A stretch of DNA of 62,975 bases, counting the filler, from Stramenopiles sp. TOSAG23-6 (taxonomy: Eukaryota): NCBI GenBank assembly GCA_900128565.1. It is 13 parts of 13 records of this genome, joined end to end, with 100 filler letters (N's around TTAATTAATTAA, not from the genome) between each part and the next. Parts side by side here need not be neighbours in the genome. Positions count along the whole stretch, not along the records: positions 19,478 to 24,232 come from LT637061.1; positions 24,333 to 29,087 come from LT637062.1; positions 29,188 to 33,939 come from LT637063.1; positions 34,040 to 38,782 come from LT637064.1; 9 more parts are not named here. One strand, given 5' to 3'. The notes under the pieces were generated by a model, which made no database searches, was not told where the DNA came from, and saw only the letters and a list, made by a program, of their open reading frames with translations. Of the stretch, positions 23,701 through 35,441 are shown piece by piece. Each line of letters opens with the position of its first letter. The first letter of the stretch is position 1. A program made the translations under genes and the position numbers.

Positions 23701-24232
23701 TAGCTGCTTTTCATGTATTTTACTAATATCGCTTACTAAGATAGGATAGTCCACAGACGTTAAAGTTTCATCAGTAGAATTATGACGATAACGACGTATG
23801 ACTAACTTCATATTTGCATTGTTTATTCTCAACCTAAACCTTTCCTGAAAGATCGACTGAAATATATGAAAATCTAAATGAGATTGCTTCTGGACATCTG
23901 AGTCACTAAATGATTTCACAAAGTCTTCGAAAATACCATAGTGATGTAATTGGGCAACTATATGCCACAGTGTTGAGTCTAAATCTTCTTCTTCTTCGAG
24001 TGTAAATTTCTCACCAGAATTATTTGAAAACCCAAAATGAGCCTTCTTTGCTAGATCAGCTTGATTCAAAAGTTCTTTTTGAGCTCGTGCTTCAATACGC
24101 AAACGCTCAGCCTCCGCTTTTGCAGCAGCTTCAAGACGCAATGCTTCAGCTTTTGCTTTTGCCTCTGCTTCTGCTTCTGCTTTTGCCTCTGCTTCTGCTT
24201 TTGCTTTTGCCTCTGCTTCTGCTTTTGCTTTT
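20782..24232 (-). CDS. Large protein with three EF-hand-like repeats, an IQ motif, coiled coil and ankyrin repeats; 5' partial
   Basis: Three HFGFSN..EEEDLD..WHIV repeats, TQCAWRQKQAR, and ankyrins LLHNACWAGH, TPLHVAARAG and TALHWAARRN. Contains an in-frame 93-nt intron at 21303-21395 (GT..AT). Confidence 0.8.
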
Positions 24233-24360
24233 NNNNNNNNNNNNNNNNNNNNNNNNNNNNNNNNNNNNNNNNNNNNTTAATTAATTAANNNNNNNNNNNN
24301 NNNNNNNNNNNNNNNNNNNNNNNNNNNNNNNNAGAAGAGGAGACAAGACTATCTGCTGTA

Positions 24361-24963
24361 GTGGAACCATTTGATGATACTGTTGATAAAAATGTACCAC
24401 CTGTAGTATCAAATAGTAGTAGTAGTGGAAAAAAACGGAAATCAAATTCATCATCATCTAATAGTGTAGTGAAACGTCAAAAAATAGAAAATAAAGGTGC
24501 ACAGAATTTATTTGAACTTGGTTATGCAAAATATTATGGCATAGATTTTCAGACGAAAGATAAAGAGAATGGAATACTAATGATTGAATCTGCAGCTATT
24601 GCTGGATTTCCAATGGCTATTGCATATTGTACATATTTTGGTTGGAATGGTTATGAAGTGGATGAAGATAAAGCATTTAAAATGTTTATGGATAATAGTG
24701 ATTATAGTTATGCTCAATATTATATTGGTATTTGTTATTATTGTGGTTTTGGTGTTGCTGGAGACGAAAAAGAAGCTTTCAGGTGGTTTACTAAATCTGC
24801 TAATGCAGGAAATAGTCGAGGACAACATAAACTTGGTTATGGTTATTTTCATGGTGAAGGTGTTGCTGTAGACAAAAAGGAAGCTTTCAAGTGGTATACC
24901 AAAGCTGCTAATGCTGGTAATAGAGATGCACAATATAAAGTTGATAATTACAACTTTTCTTAA
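24361..24963 (+). CDS. Sel1-repeat protein, 5' partial
   Basis: Repeated AQYYIGICYYCGFGV..KEAFRWFTKSANAGN units. Confidence 0.9.
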   Translation: MEPFDDTVDKNVPPVVSNSSSSGKKRKSNSSSSNSVVKRQKIENKGAQNLFELGYAKYYGIDFQTKDKENGILMIESAAIAGFPMAIAYCTYFGWNGYEVDEDKAFKMFMDNSDYSYAQYYIGICYYCGFGVAGDEKEAFRWFTKSANAGNSRGQHKLGYGYFHGEGVAVDKKEAFKWYTKAANAGNRDAQYKVDNYNFS

Positions 24964-25219
24964 TCTAATGCTACTTTGAATTCTGAGAGTCTGAAACGTT
25001 TTTGTAACCCTAACCCTAATTACAACTTTTCTTAATCTAATTCTACTTTGAATTCTGAGAGTCTGAAACGTTTTTGTAAATGTGTGGCATAGCTTTTATT
25101 ATCCACTCAACAATATAGTTTGTATTAGGGTTAGGATGTTGTATGAGATTTGTATTAGGCGTATACTATTGATTGATACGAAAACACCAAACAAATATCA
25201 TATACAACAATTATACTGT

Positions 25220-25320
25220 GTATGTTTTATTTTTTTTCAATTTTGAATTTAGTTTTGTTTTCGTACGAAATTTTGTACCTAACGAATTTTACAAAAAACA
25301 AATATTTTTTCACAATACTG
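25220..25320 (+). mobile_element. Full-length intron-family element outside any clear CDS
   Basis: GTATG...TTTCGTACGAAATTTTGTACCTAAC...CACAATACTG, with ATACTGTG at both ends (25213-25220 and 25315-25322). Mobility is inferred, not shown. Confidence 0.55.
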
Positions 25321-25597
25321 TGCTAACATTTTTGCATTGCTTTGGAAGATCAAAGATTTCATTTTTGCATTGCTTTGGAGGATTAAAGATGTATACAAGC
25401 ACTGTATATAATCTTGATTAATGTCATCAACAATAAATATATTTATGATGGTACAATATTATATAGTAAATTTTGTAAAAAGACAATTTTATAATAAAAT
25501 CTAAGACTTCAAAATTTCGTGTTTTGAAATGTATGTCTCATCAGGCACTGGGTACAGTAACTATATAGTTAGTGATACTTATTTTAAAAATAAAAAA

Positions 25598-28500
25598 TCA
25601 TATTTTGTCAGTCTTTTTCAAACGTCGCAAGAAAAAGATATACCCTTTTACTGATTTATCTAAAAATTCTTGTTTTGTTATTTTGTTTACTCTCAAATCA
25701 TTGTATTCTCTTGCATACTTTTTATTATCAGCAATATCATCATCATTTGCATCACTATTATCATCATCATCATCAGCCATAGCTGGAGTCGTTTTTATTT
25801 CATTCGCTTCCATTCTCTGATATTCTATATAGTGTCCGCCCTCGATAGAATAGTGTCCGCCCTCGGTACGATCATTAGTATGAAGAATAAATCCTCTTAC
25901 TTCATGTGTTTTTGTACCATCAGTTTTATTTAATGATACTTTCATATCTTTATTAAAACTTGTGTTTTTTGTAATTTTTTGACTACCAAATACTTGGCCA
26001 GGTTTAGTTGTTTTAAACCGGGCAAGAGTTACAATTGTTCCTTTTTCACCAAAGATGCATATATTGTGAAAAAATATTTCAAAAATTTCATTTTTTTTTG
26101 TTAGATATGAAATTTTGTATGAAAAATTGATTTTGGTAAAAAAAATTGTTATAAAAACGTACATGTACTGACATCTTCAATATGAAAATCCCATGGTTTG
26201 AGAACTTCTTCTTCTGTTGTTTTGCGAATACCTTTAATTTGTGCTTTATTTGCTTTTGCTTTAACAATTTCTATGTTTTTGTCGATTTTACTCCTTTTTA
26301 CATCTCGCACAAGCTTCATAAAAAGCTCTAATGCTTTATGAAAATCACCATTTGCTTCTATTGAACATAAAAGTTTAGTAGCAAAATCTTTTGAAAGTTT
26401 AGTAGCGAAATCTTTTGATTTCTGAAAACTCAAAATTGTCTGAAAACTCTTCATTTTCTGAAACCTTTCTATCTTTTTTTTGAATTCTTCATCAGTCTTT
26501 TCACATTTTTTATTTTGTTTTTCAGTCTCTAAAAGTTCAGAAAATTCCTTCCAAGCGTTAAAATATACTGACTCTCCTTGTAGAGCTTTGAGGTTTTGTT
26601 TTTCATCATCTAATCCTTGAAGTTTTTTATCATAATCACTTTTTTGAATCAAGTCAAAGTCTAATTTAAATTCTGGATCATCTGAAAGTAGATCTTCAAA
26701 ACCGCCAAGGTTTCGTTTAGGTTCTTGCGTACAGAATAAATTCACTTTATTTTCAAAAGAAAAATTATCCTGTAGAGTTTCATCATCAAGATGAATAATC
26801 AAAGGATCTACTAAACTAGCTTTTTTTACTATAGTCCAAGTGAACTTTATATATTTCTTCCCATCATTTCCATCAACAGGAATAGGAGTAATTGAGACCT
26901 GTTCTATCCACTTTCTCTTGTCACTACCATTAAGAAATTCTATTGGGATCCGTGGGAAATACTCCTTTAGTAGTTGTTTTAGTTTTGGTTGTTCCAATGA
27001 TTCAAATGTTTGAACATCATCTTTCTGCTCTCGCATAGCCGTTACTTTTGTCTTATAATACGGTCTAGTGGCAATGTTTTCATCCATTTCAAGTCCTCTC
27101 ATTTGAATCAATTTTATTATATTTTCACTAGCATCTTGTTGCTTGTTCCATTTATTAGGAAATACCTTCTGCTGCATAGTTTTTATACTACTCAACAAGC
27201 TTTTGTCATCTTTTAATATACTATTATCACCATTCAGATATTTTGATATTTTCATTGCTTCATTATGAACAACTTGATTTTTTTCTCCTTGTTTATCTAA
27301 ATAAGCCTCTCTCAGCTCCGGATTTCTCGACAAGAATTGCATTGACGCATTTGCATAACATGTAGCACCAAGATTGCCGATTCCCCAATCTAATCCCGGA
27401 TTTAGTGGTGCTGATGATGTTGCTGGTGTTTCCCGCTTCGGAGCAATTACACCGCGTACAACAGCATTCGCTTCAACATCATCAGTACTATCAGCTAAAT
27501 CATGTTTTTCTTTTTCTTTTGCTACTGGTATAAAACAAGTCTTTCCTTCTTCACTTACGTCTACCGATGTTTCAACCCCTGTTTTAGGATTTTTAAAGAA
27601 ATATAGTGTATCATAATACAAGCTTTCGCTTCTCACAAATTCTCCAACAAATTTTGGAGTATTTTTGCTGAAGTAGACGTTATACTTTGACTCTGCCATG
27701 TTGGTATCTCTTGCAGAACGTGTACATTCAGTTGTCGAGTAAGAAGTTCCTTTAATAAAATCATGTTCGTCGAATCTGTAACATTGAATTTCACCGTCAT
27801 TTGGTCTTAGAGAAGCATCATCATTTATTTCGGTAAATTTCGGTACAATATCTTTGGCCAGCAACAGTAATGTATCTTGCTCTACTTCTGTAAAACCTAC
27901 TAAATGTACTTCTTTCAATGTATTTGGTTTTGTATAAAGAGTTTCACAAACGTTCTGAAGACCAATTTTTAAAACTTCTTCAAGTGTTTTGTTTCCTCTA
28001 AAAATTCCTGAAGACAAAAGTGAAAATCCTAAATATTCACAATGTTTTTGTACACTTTGATCTATAGCATTATAATATGCTTCACGAAGTTTCTTATCAG
28101 CATTCTCCATATCTTGAAAATTTAATGTTCTATAATCTCTATAATCTGGACCAACAGCATGAATGATAATCTTTGCAAATAAAGTACCATATTGTTTTGG
28201 TCCAGTTGTTTTGGCTTGACCTGTTTCAATACGAATATCTTTTTTTCTTCCATTCCGGTATTTAATTGTTTTTTCTATTTTAAAATCTCTACGATCAATA
28301 TCCAGTTGTGTACCACCAGCGGTGGTTACAGCTTCGTCAACGCCACCTCCCCCGAGTCCTCCAGTATTTGCTGCATTTACAATAGCTGTTTTTTCAGGAA
28401 TCCAATCTCTTCTTCCTTTACCAAAATTAACAACACTTCCTTTGGAGATACACAATTTTGTATTTTTAATTGGAAAACACTTGATTTCGCATACTACTGG

Positions 28501-29086
28501 TCCGACGGGTTTTTTTGCCGATCCACAGACATCATCACTACCACGTGGTTTTGTTGGTGTTGTTTCTGGTGGTGGTACTGGTTCTGGTTCTGGATCATCA
28601 TTAGTACTATCCTCCTCCTCCCCCTCCTCATCAATAGCTTCCGGCTGTTTTATCATTTCGAGAGCCTGATCTAAGCTTATTTTACCACTATCAAGTTCAG
28701 GCTTCAGCCCTAGTTTCATCATGTCGAGAGCCTGCTCTTGGGTTATTTTATCACTATCAAGCCAACCCTGAACAGTACGCGACAGGGTTGTTGCTGTTGT
28801 TTCTGGTTCTGGTTCTGGTGGTGCTGCATCATCAACATCATCACTACTATCCTCTCCCCCCCCTGTTGTTGGTGGTGGTTCTTGTGGTGGTGGTGGTTCT
28901 GGTTCTGCATTATCAACATCATCACTACTACCCTCCTCACCCCCCTCCTCCTCCTCATCATCATCATCACTACTATCCTCCTCCTCCTCCTCCTCATCAC
29001 TACTACTATCCTCCTCCTCATCAGGGTCAATCCTAACTTCTGACGATCCACCGACATCAGCACTATCATTAAGAAATTCTATTGGG
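25598..29086 (-). CDS. Macrodomain plus ubiquitin-specific protease (C19) fusion protein; 5' partial, 2 exons
   Basis: Macro motifs AIVNAAN..GGGGVD, IIHAVGPDY and LLSSGIF; USP Cys box GIGNLGATCYANASMQ, QQDASE and His box GGHY. Intron at 26059-26162; the frame stays open through acidic repeats up to the gap. Confidence 0.85.
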
Positions 29087-29300
29087 ANNNNNNNNNNNNN
29101 NNNNNNNNNNNNNNNNNNNNNNNNNNNNNNNTTAATTAATTAANNNNNNNNNNNNNNNNNNNNNNNNNNNNNNNNNNNNNNNNNNNNCAAAATTTCGTAT
29201 GAAACCAAAAAAAAAAAATCGATTTTTTGTTAAAAAAAAAATTGTTAGGTACAAAATTTCGTACTAAAAAAAACAAAAATGGTAAAAAAAAAAAATGTAC

Positions 29301-29739
29301 AAGCAAGAATAAGAGTGTATGCCGTCCGTTCACATAATTTCATGAGCTGCAACAATGAACTCTCATTATCATCGACGTCTACATGACAAATTATAAGTCG
29401 ATTTTTAAATTTATGTGGGGATATTTTTGTGCAACGATCTATAATATATTTGGGATGAAGCATGTGATACTTTAAACTCAAAAATAGTGCACAAACACCA
29501 TTTCCCAATAGGTAATCAGCGTCAATTTTGATATCAGAAAAATGCCATGAAACAACACGAATGTGTTTAAGGATAGGATTTCCGCGCTGCCGAGATGATA
29601 CTGTGATTGATTTCCCCGTAGACGTTAATGCTGCAGCATTTCGAGAAGTACGTCTATTATTTGCAGTAGTATACTCTGCCTTTGACCGAGGTTGGATTTG
29701 TTTCGATGAACTTTTAGGGAAATCAACATTGGTTTTCAT
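29301..29739 (-). CDS. ERCC1: ERCC1 first exon (duplicate copy)
   Basis: Translation identical to 4987-5425. Confidence 0.9.
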
Positions 29740-30094
29740 GATATCACAACTAAAACAATGAAAGAAACAATATACTTTTATACATTATTTCTTTTAAAGA
29801 ACATAACTTCTTCACATGAAACAAAAAAACAGGAAGTAGTAGTGGCAAAGAAACAAAGTCGAAGTCTTCAAATCAAATCAAAACACCAAAATTTTAATTT
29901 TGCCAAAATTTTGACCGACACGAATTTTTTTTTTTAGAAATGGATTTCCATATTTACCTTCTTTACTACTAAGTGAATAAATACTCCCTAAGTTGAAGTA
30001 GATATTGATTTGAACAATTCTCTGAATTCAGAAAAAAAAAACATAAAATTTATAATATTATATTTTATTTTTAATCATTGTGAAACGTCAAGCA

Positions 30095-33000
30095 TTACGC
30101 TCCAATAGATAATACATCTTGACCAGATCCACGTACAAACACTACTGGAGGCATATCTACTGATAATATTTCAAGCCAACTTGTATATCTTCTAGTTTCC
30201 ATTTGAAGATCTGCCAAGGGTAGTTGTACAAATATGATTGCCGATTTGACCGATGCTTCGTATAACAATTCTCTTAAACGCAGTACTACATTGTGAAAAA
30301 ATATTTTTCCAAAATGTTTTTTGTTAGGTATGTAATTAGGTACAAAAAAAATACATGAAATGAATATTGAAGACGTACTCCTGCTAGTTTTTGTAGAAGC
30401 GTATTCCCCTCTCGCACTAATGCCTCTCCCAAATAAACCTCCTTTATTTTCACCATCATTCGTTGAGAAACCTGCATGTTTGCAAATGGTTTCATATTGT
30501 AATGTTGTTTTTTCACTTGGTCGAGTGGTTAACTCTGCCTCTATGGCCTCTACTTGTGCCGGTATTCGTAATTTTTTTAATAAATGGATCATTCTACCAA
30601 GTGCTGCACTCAATTTTTCTTTGAAGGTTTTCGACTTGGATGCAANTACAAAAACTCGTATGAAATGATTTTGCCATACACGATGTTTTTGCACTAGAAA
30701 AGCAAGTAAGATTGTAAAACCACCATCATTGGCTAGCCACCAAACATCAATGTATTGTTTATCTTTTTTTGAAGATATGCCCATAATAGAGCTCTCGGAA
30801 TACGATTCTGACGACATACGTCGAAGAATCGGCTTAACTATTTGGTTGTTATTGTTTGAGAATGACTTATCNCTTTTAAAATTACCAAATACACCTGAAG
30901 TAGAACTATGGGGATTAGTTTGATCTTCCTTTTGGAAATTGTCGTTCTTTTCTTTTATTAATGGCAGAGGCAATGAAAACCCTGTATCTATATCACGAAA
31001 TATACCATTTGAATCTCGTAATACAATCATTCCATAATTGTGCCAAATAGAATCTTGTATTATNGCTTCATATTCTAAAACTTCAGTTGCTGGTGCTGTG
31101 TCCCAGTCCTTTTTCCATCCTATCAGTACTGTATTTGGTCTAATTCTACCAAGGCCAGTTGTTTGAAGTAAATTACAAAATCCTTCATGTAATGTTGGTG
31201 CACTAATCACTTCGCAGAATGCACCACAATGGCTATGTTTATTTCGCCATACATGAGGGTTATTATATAAAAAATCATGCATTTTAGCCTTGATCTCTTG
31301 AGCATTCAGAAGATCTTCTCTTCTTGAAAGAAATCGATTACCACTTAATTGTTTAGAGTTGCAAACAACATTACCACAACACATTACTCCACCACCACTG
31401 GAGTTTATTATAATGGCTAATTTCATCATTGCCATTCTTGAATTTGAAATATGATGAGTATTATCATTAAAAGCTTCTAAACAACCTGTAAGTACTAAAA
31501 GTTCGGGTCTAAATGTTTTAGCATGTGGTGAAATTTCATCAAGTTCTTGAATATGTTTCAAAGTTACTACATATTTTCTGGCCTCCTGTGCAGGACCCCA
31601 ATGAACATCAATGTCAAGAAATCCTACGTATACATATATAAACGCACCTAAAACAAATGATAACAGTGTATACATCCAATTCATAACAAACATACATACC
31701 ACNCACAGGAGTGCACCAACCAATGCTAACCATTTATTATAGTATTTAAATGTAGGTCTCCAAGACGAATGATTAGCATTTGCTACAGAGAAACAAGCAT
31801 AGTTCAATGTCGCATATGCAATCATGAAAAAGTTTGAAATGAGAGGGGCAATATAGTCCAACTCGCCAATCAAACAAAATGCAGTTCCAATCACAAAAGT
31901 GAGGACGTATCCTCTCACAGGTTCATTNCCATGTNTTTNGNAAAATANTTCNAAAAAAAATCTNAAAAATGTGTTAGGTACAAAATTTCGTACGAAAAAA
32001 AAAACAAATTNAAATTTTCAAAAAAATAAAACATACATCACCGCTACCTTTTGAAAAGAAACGTAAACAAGCCCATGGAAATATATTATCTGCTGCAAGA
32101 GATTGAAGAATTCGTGGAGCACCAACAATGGATGCTAATGCTGANGAGAGAGTCGCTGCCCATACACCAACGTATAAAAGTGGAGAAAATACTGACACTG
32201 TTTCCAGAATCAGTTTATTATATAACAAACCTCCAGTTGGTATTTTTCCAGTAAAATTGTTTGTATATTTTCCAGCTCCATTATCTGGACATATTTGCAT
32301 TCCATCTGGATCAGAACACCTNACACANGTTAGACCTACAATCCAAATAAATATTACATATGTTGCAAATGTGAGAGCAATACCACGCGATGTTCCTTTT
32401 GGAATAGCTTCTGAAGGATCGTCCAGGTCACCACTCATATTACAGCCAGCTGTTATNCCTGTGACAGCAGGGAAAAATACACTAAATACACTGAAAAATG
32501 AATACTTGAAACCTGTGGAAGGATCCACCTGAAATGCAGGTAAATACATAGACGTCCAGTTTGTATCAGACACTGATATTTTTGTATTGCCAAATGTTGC
32601 TTTCAAATCAAATCCCCAGAAACCTAACCCTGCATTAGTTGATCTACTTGGAACACCNGGTAAGAAAATACCTATAAATATACTTACCATTGAAACAATT
32701 AGAATAAATAATAATATACGCATACTTTTTGCATATAATTTTGCTCCCCCTCCGGCAGACACAGCTAATAATATACTCATAGTACCTACACAATANANTC
32801 TCATATCCCACGCCCAAGATCCTAATAAAGGTTCAATATCATTTTTTTTTAATATATCGAGAAGAGATTCGACAAAACCTATTGTATACATTGAACATGC
32901 TACGGCCTGTGCAAAATAAAATAATAAACCAATCACTCCGCCGAATGCAGGACCGAGATTTCTTGAAATCAAAAAATAAGGTCCACCTGTACCGACTTCA

Positions 33001-33606
33001 CCATTTGTACATGTATTTTGGAAAAATATTTCAAAAAAAAAAATTAAAATTTGTTAGGTACAACATTTCGTACGAAAAAAAAATTCGATTTTTTTGTAAA
33101 AAAAAAAAAAACATACATAGAGCAAATATTGAAAGAGCAGTGATACCCGTGACGATATTCGATAATATTACTATTAATGTGCCTAACAAAATACCTGCCT
33201 GACCAGTAACCCAACTAGTACGTAGAAACATAATTACTCCCCATATATTCAATAGAACAGGGACCATGACTCCATCAAACCAGTTCAATTTTGTACCAGA
33301 NTCTTGGGAGACTTGAGCTTTTTTCTTTACATATTTTTTATGAGACATTGCTTTTGAGTTTGGAGCATACACGTCTTTTATATTTTTTAAATCCAATGAT
33401 ACATGAGAAGGATCTTTTACTTGTCTAAATTGTAATGTGTTTGGAGGGCTCTCATATGCATCGTCAAACTTTCTTACTTTGTTGAATTTATTCGATGCAA
33501 CAACGACCTTGGCCACTGTTCGCATAGACGGTACTTTTCTTTTACTTTCTATTGCTACTAGCGGAAGCATTGTATCTTTATCATCTTTAATAGCATATTC
33601 TGACAT
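30095..33606 (-). CDS. SLC12 cation-chloride cotransporter (duplicate copy)
   Basis: Same as 5800-9311; introns at 33011-33116, 31931-32036 and 30286-30378. Confidence 0.92.
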
Positions 33607-34094
33607 TTTTTTTATTCTAAAGTAGAAACGATATTTATAATGCCATACTTTTTTTCATTCAATGAAAATCTGTCGATCTAGCTAATAGTAGTAAGTAGCT
33701 ATTTGTACTCGTAAGTAGTCTAAAATAATAGTGGGAAAAAAACGGACAGTGAGCAGTTGAAAAAATTTACGTTAAAAACCGTATCCTAATTTAAATTTCA
33801 GATCCAGAATCGTATCTGCTTTGTTTGTTGTTCTGCCGTTGAAATATCTAATATCTAAGTTTTTGACAATAACAAACCTAAAATCGCCATAATGAAGAAA
33901 CATGTACTACTTATTCTACTATTATCAACGTGTCTTTCTNNNNNNNNNNNNNNNNNNNNNNNNNNNNNNNNNNNNNNNNNNNNTTAATTAATTAANNNNN
34001 NNNNNNNNNNNNNNNNNNNNNNNNNNNNNNNNNNNNNNNGTACAAAATTTTTTGAAAAAAATAAATTCAAAATTGAAAAAAAAATAAAACATAC

Positions 34095-35150
34095 TTCAAT
34101 GTTGGAGCAGCGTTTTTGCATATAATTGAACCTGTCTCTCGACTTCCAGTAAATGAAACTTTAGCAATATTTGGATGTTGAGATAAATGCTGACAAATAT
34201 TGTGAAAAATATTCTTTGAATTTTTTTTTTCTTACTTTGTTAGCTATGAAATCTTGTACGAAAAAACAATTGTGATGATGATGATACACGTACCCACACT
34301 GCCGTCTCCTAAGACCACATTTAAAACTCCATCGGGTGAATATTGAAAACGTAATTACAAAAAAAAAATCTTAGGTACAACATTTCGTATGAAAAAAAAA
34401 ACTGATACATTCGAAATTGAAATGAATGTTGAAAACGTATAATCCAGCCTCAGTGAACACTTCTGCAAGAGCAAGAGCAGTGAGAGGAGTTAATTCGGAT
34501 GGCTTAAATACAATAGAATTACCACATGCCAATGCAGGGGCAACTTTCCACGACATTCCTTGAATTGGATAATTCCAAGCACCAATACCAGCAGTGACTC
34601 CAAGAGGCTCCCGTCTAGTATATGCAAAAGAACCACCAGGCTGACCACCACCAATAGGAACATGAGTGCCTAAAGTAGCAAAGTTGCTACATAAACCTCC
34701 CATGTACTCAATACAGTCTCTTGCACTAATAACATCAACATATGGAGTCTCGGAAATAGGACGACCTGTGTCGATAGCTTCCAGCTCAGACAAAGCATCA
34801 TTTCGTTCAGTGAGTATATTGGCTGCACGGTGCATAATTCGACCTCTTTCGGCTCCAGACATGGCAGCCCATCTCCGCTGACCTTCGCATGCACTAGATA
34901 TTGCATAATCAACATCTTGCGAACACGCTACCTCGATTTCTGTAAGTATATCACCAGTATTTGGATTCGGAACAGGTATCGTCTCATTAGCCGATGACGC
35001 ATCGTGGAACTGACCATTGATCCAACTCTTCACACGTGGAGGAACACCCGAAATGCCATCGCCTTTATTGTAAGAGGCAAGACTTGTCACTGTCCTCCAA
35101 TGTGATATCCTCGGGTGTATAAGCCTACACCGGGTTAAATTCATCATCAT
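34095..35150 (-). CDS. Aldehyde dehydrogenase, ALDH9/betaine-aldehyde dehydrogenase-like; 3' partial
   Basis: Motifs REPLGVTAGIGAWNYP, KPSELTP, EAGLPDGVLNVV and KVSFTGS. Introns at 34338-34440 and 34195-34293, and one starting at 34094. Confidence 0.93.
34195..34293 (-). other. Family intron, GT..TT, 99 nt
   Basis: GTG G|GTACG...CACAATATTT|GT CAG CAT rebuilds VGQHLSQHP. Confidence 0.8.
34338..34440 (-). other. Family intron, AT..TC, 103 nt
   Basis: GGA TT|ATACG...CAATATTC|A CCC GAT rebuilds EAGLPDG. Confidence 0.8.
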
Positions 35151-35441
35151 TGGGAGTCGTTTTTAATGACGGGCACTGATGATGAATGAATTTGAGTTGA
35201 GTTCAATGAGAGTTTGTTGTTGTTGTTGATCAAGTCAAGTCAGTCAAGTCGAAGTGATGTCATATTCGTCATGCATGAACAACAAACAGAACACGAAATA
35301 AATCGATAAAAAAAAAATTAAATATCATATATGTGATTCAAAAAATAATTTTAAAACAATAACTATTTGAACATATGATGCACATATGATATCATTTGAT
35401 TTAATAAAAATTATTGAGCAAAATAGATACTTGGGGTCATT

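Larger units (their letters stand above)
29168..33939. repeat. Near-identical second copy of contig 4874-9644
   Basis: Same ends, ORFs and N positions; differences concentrate in the ERCC1-SLC12 spacer. Confidence 0.95.

Noticed and set aside
28738-29069. Three short low-complexity ORFs
   Set aside because: They are alternative frames of the acidic repeat that forms the N-terminus of the macro-USP gene.
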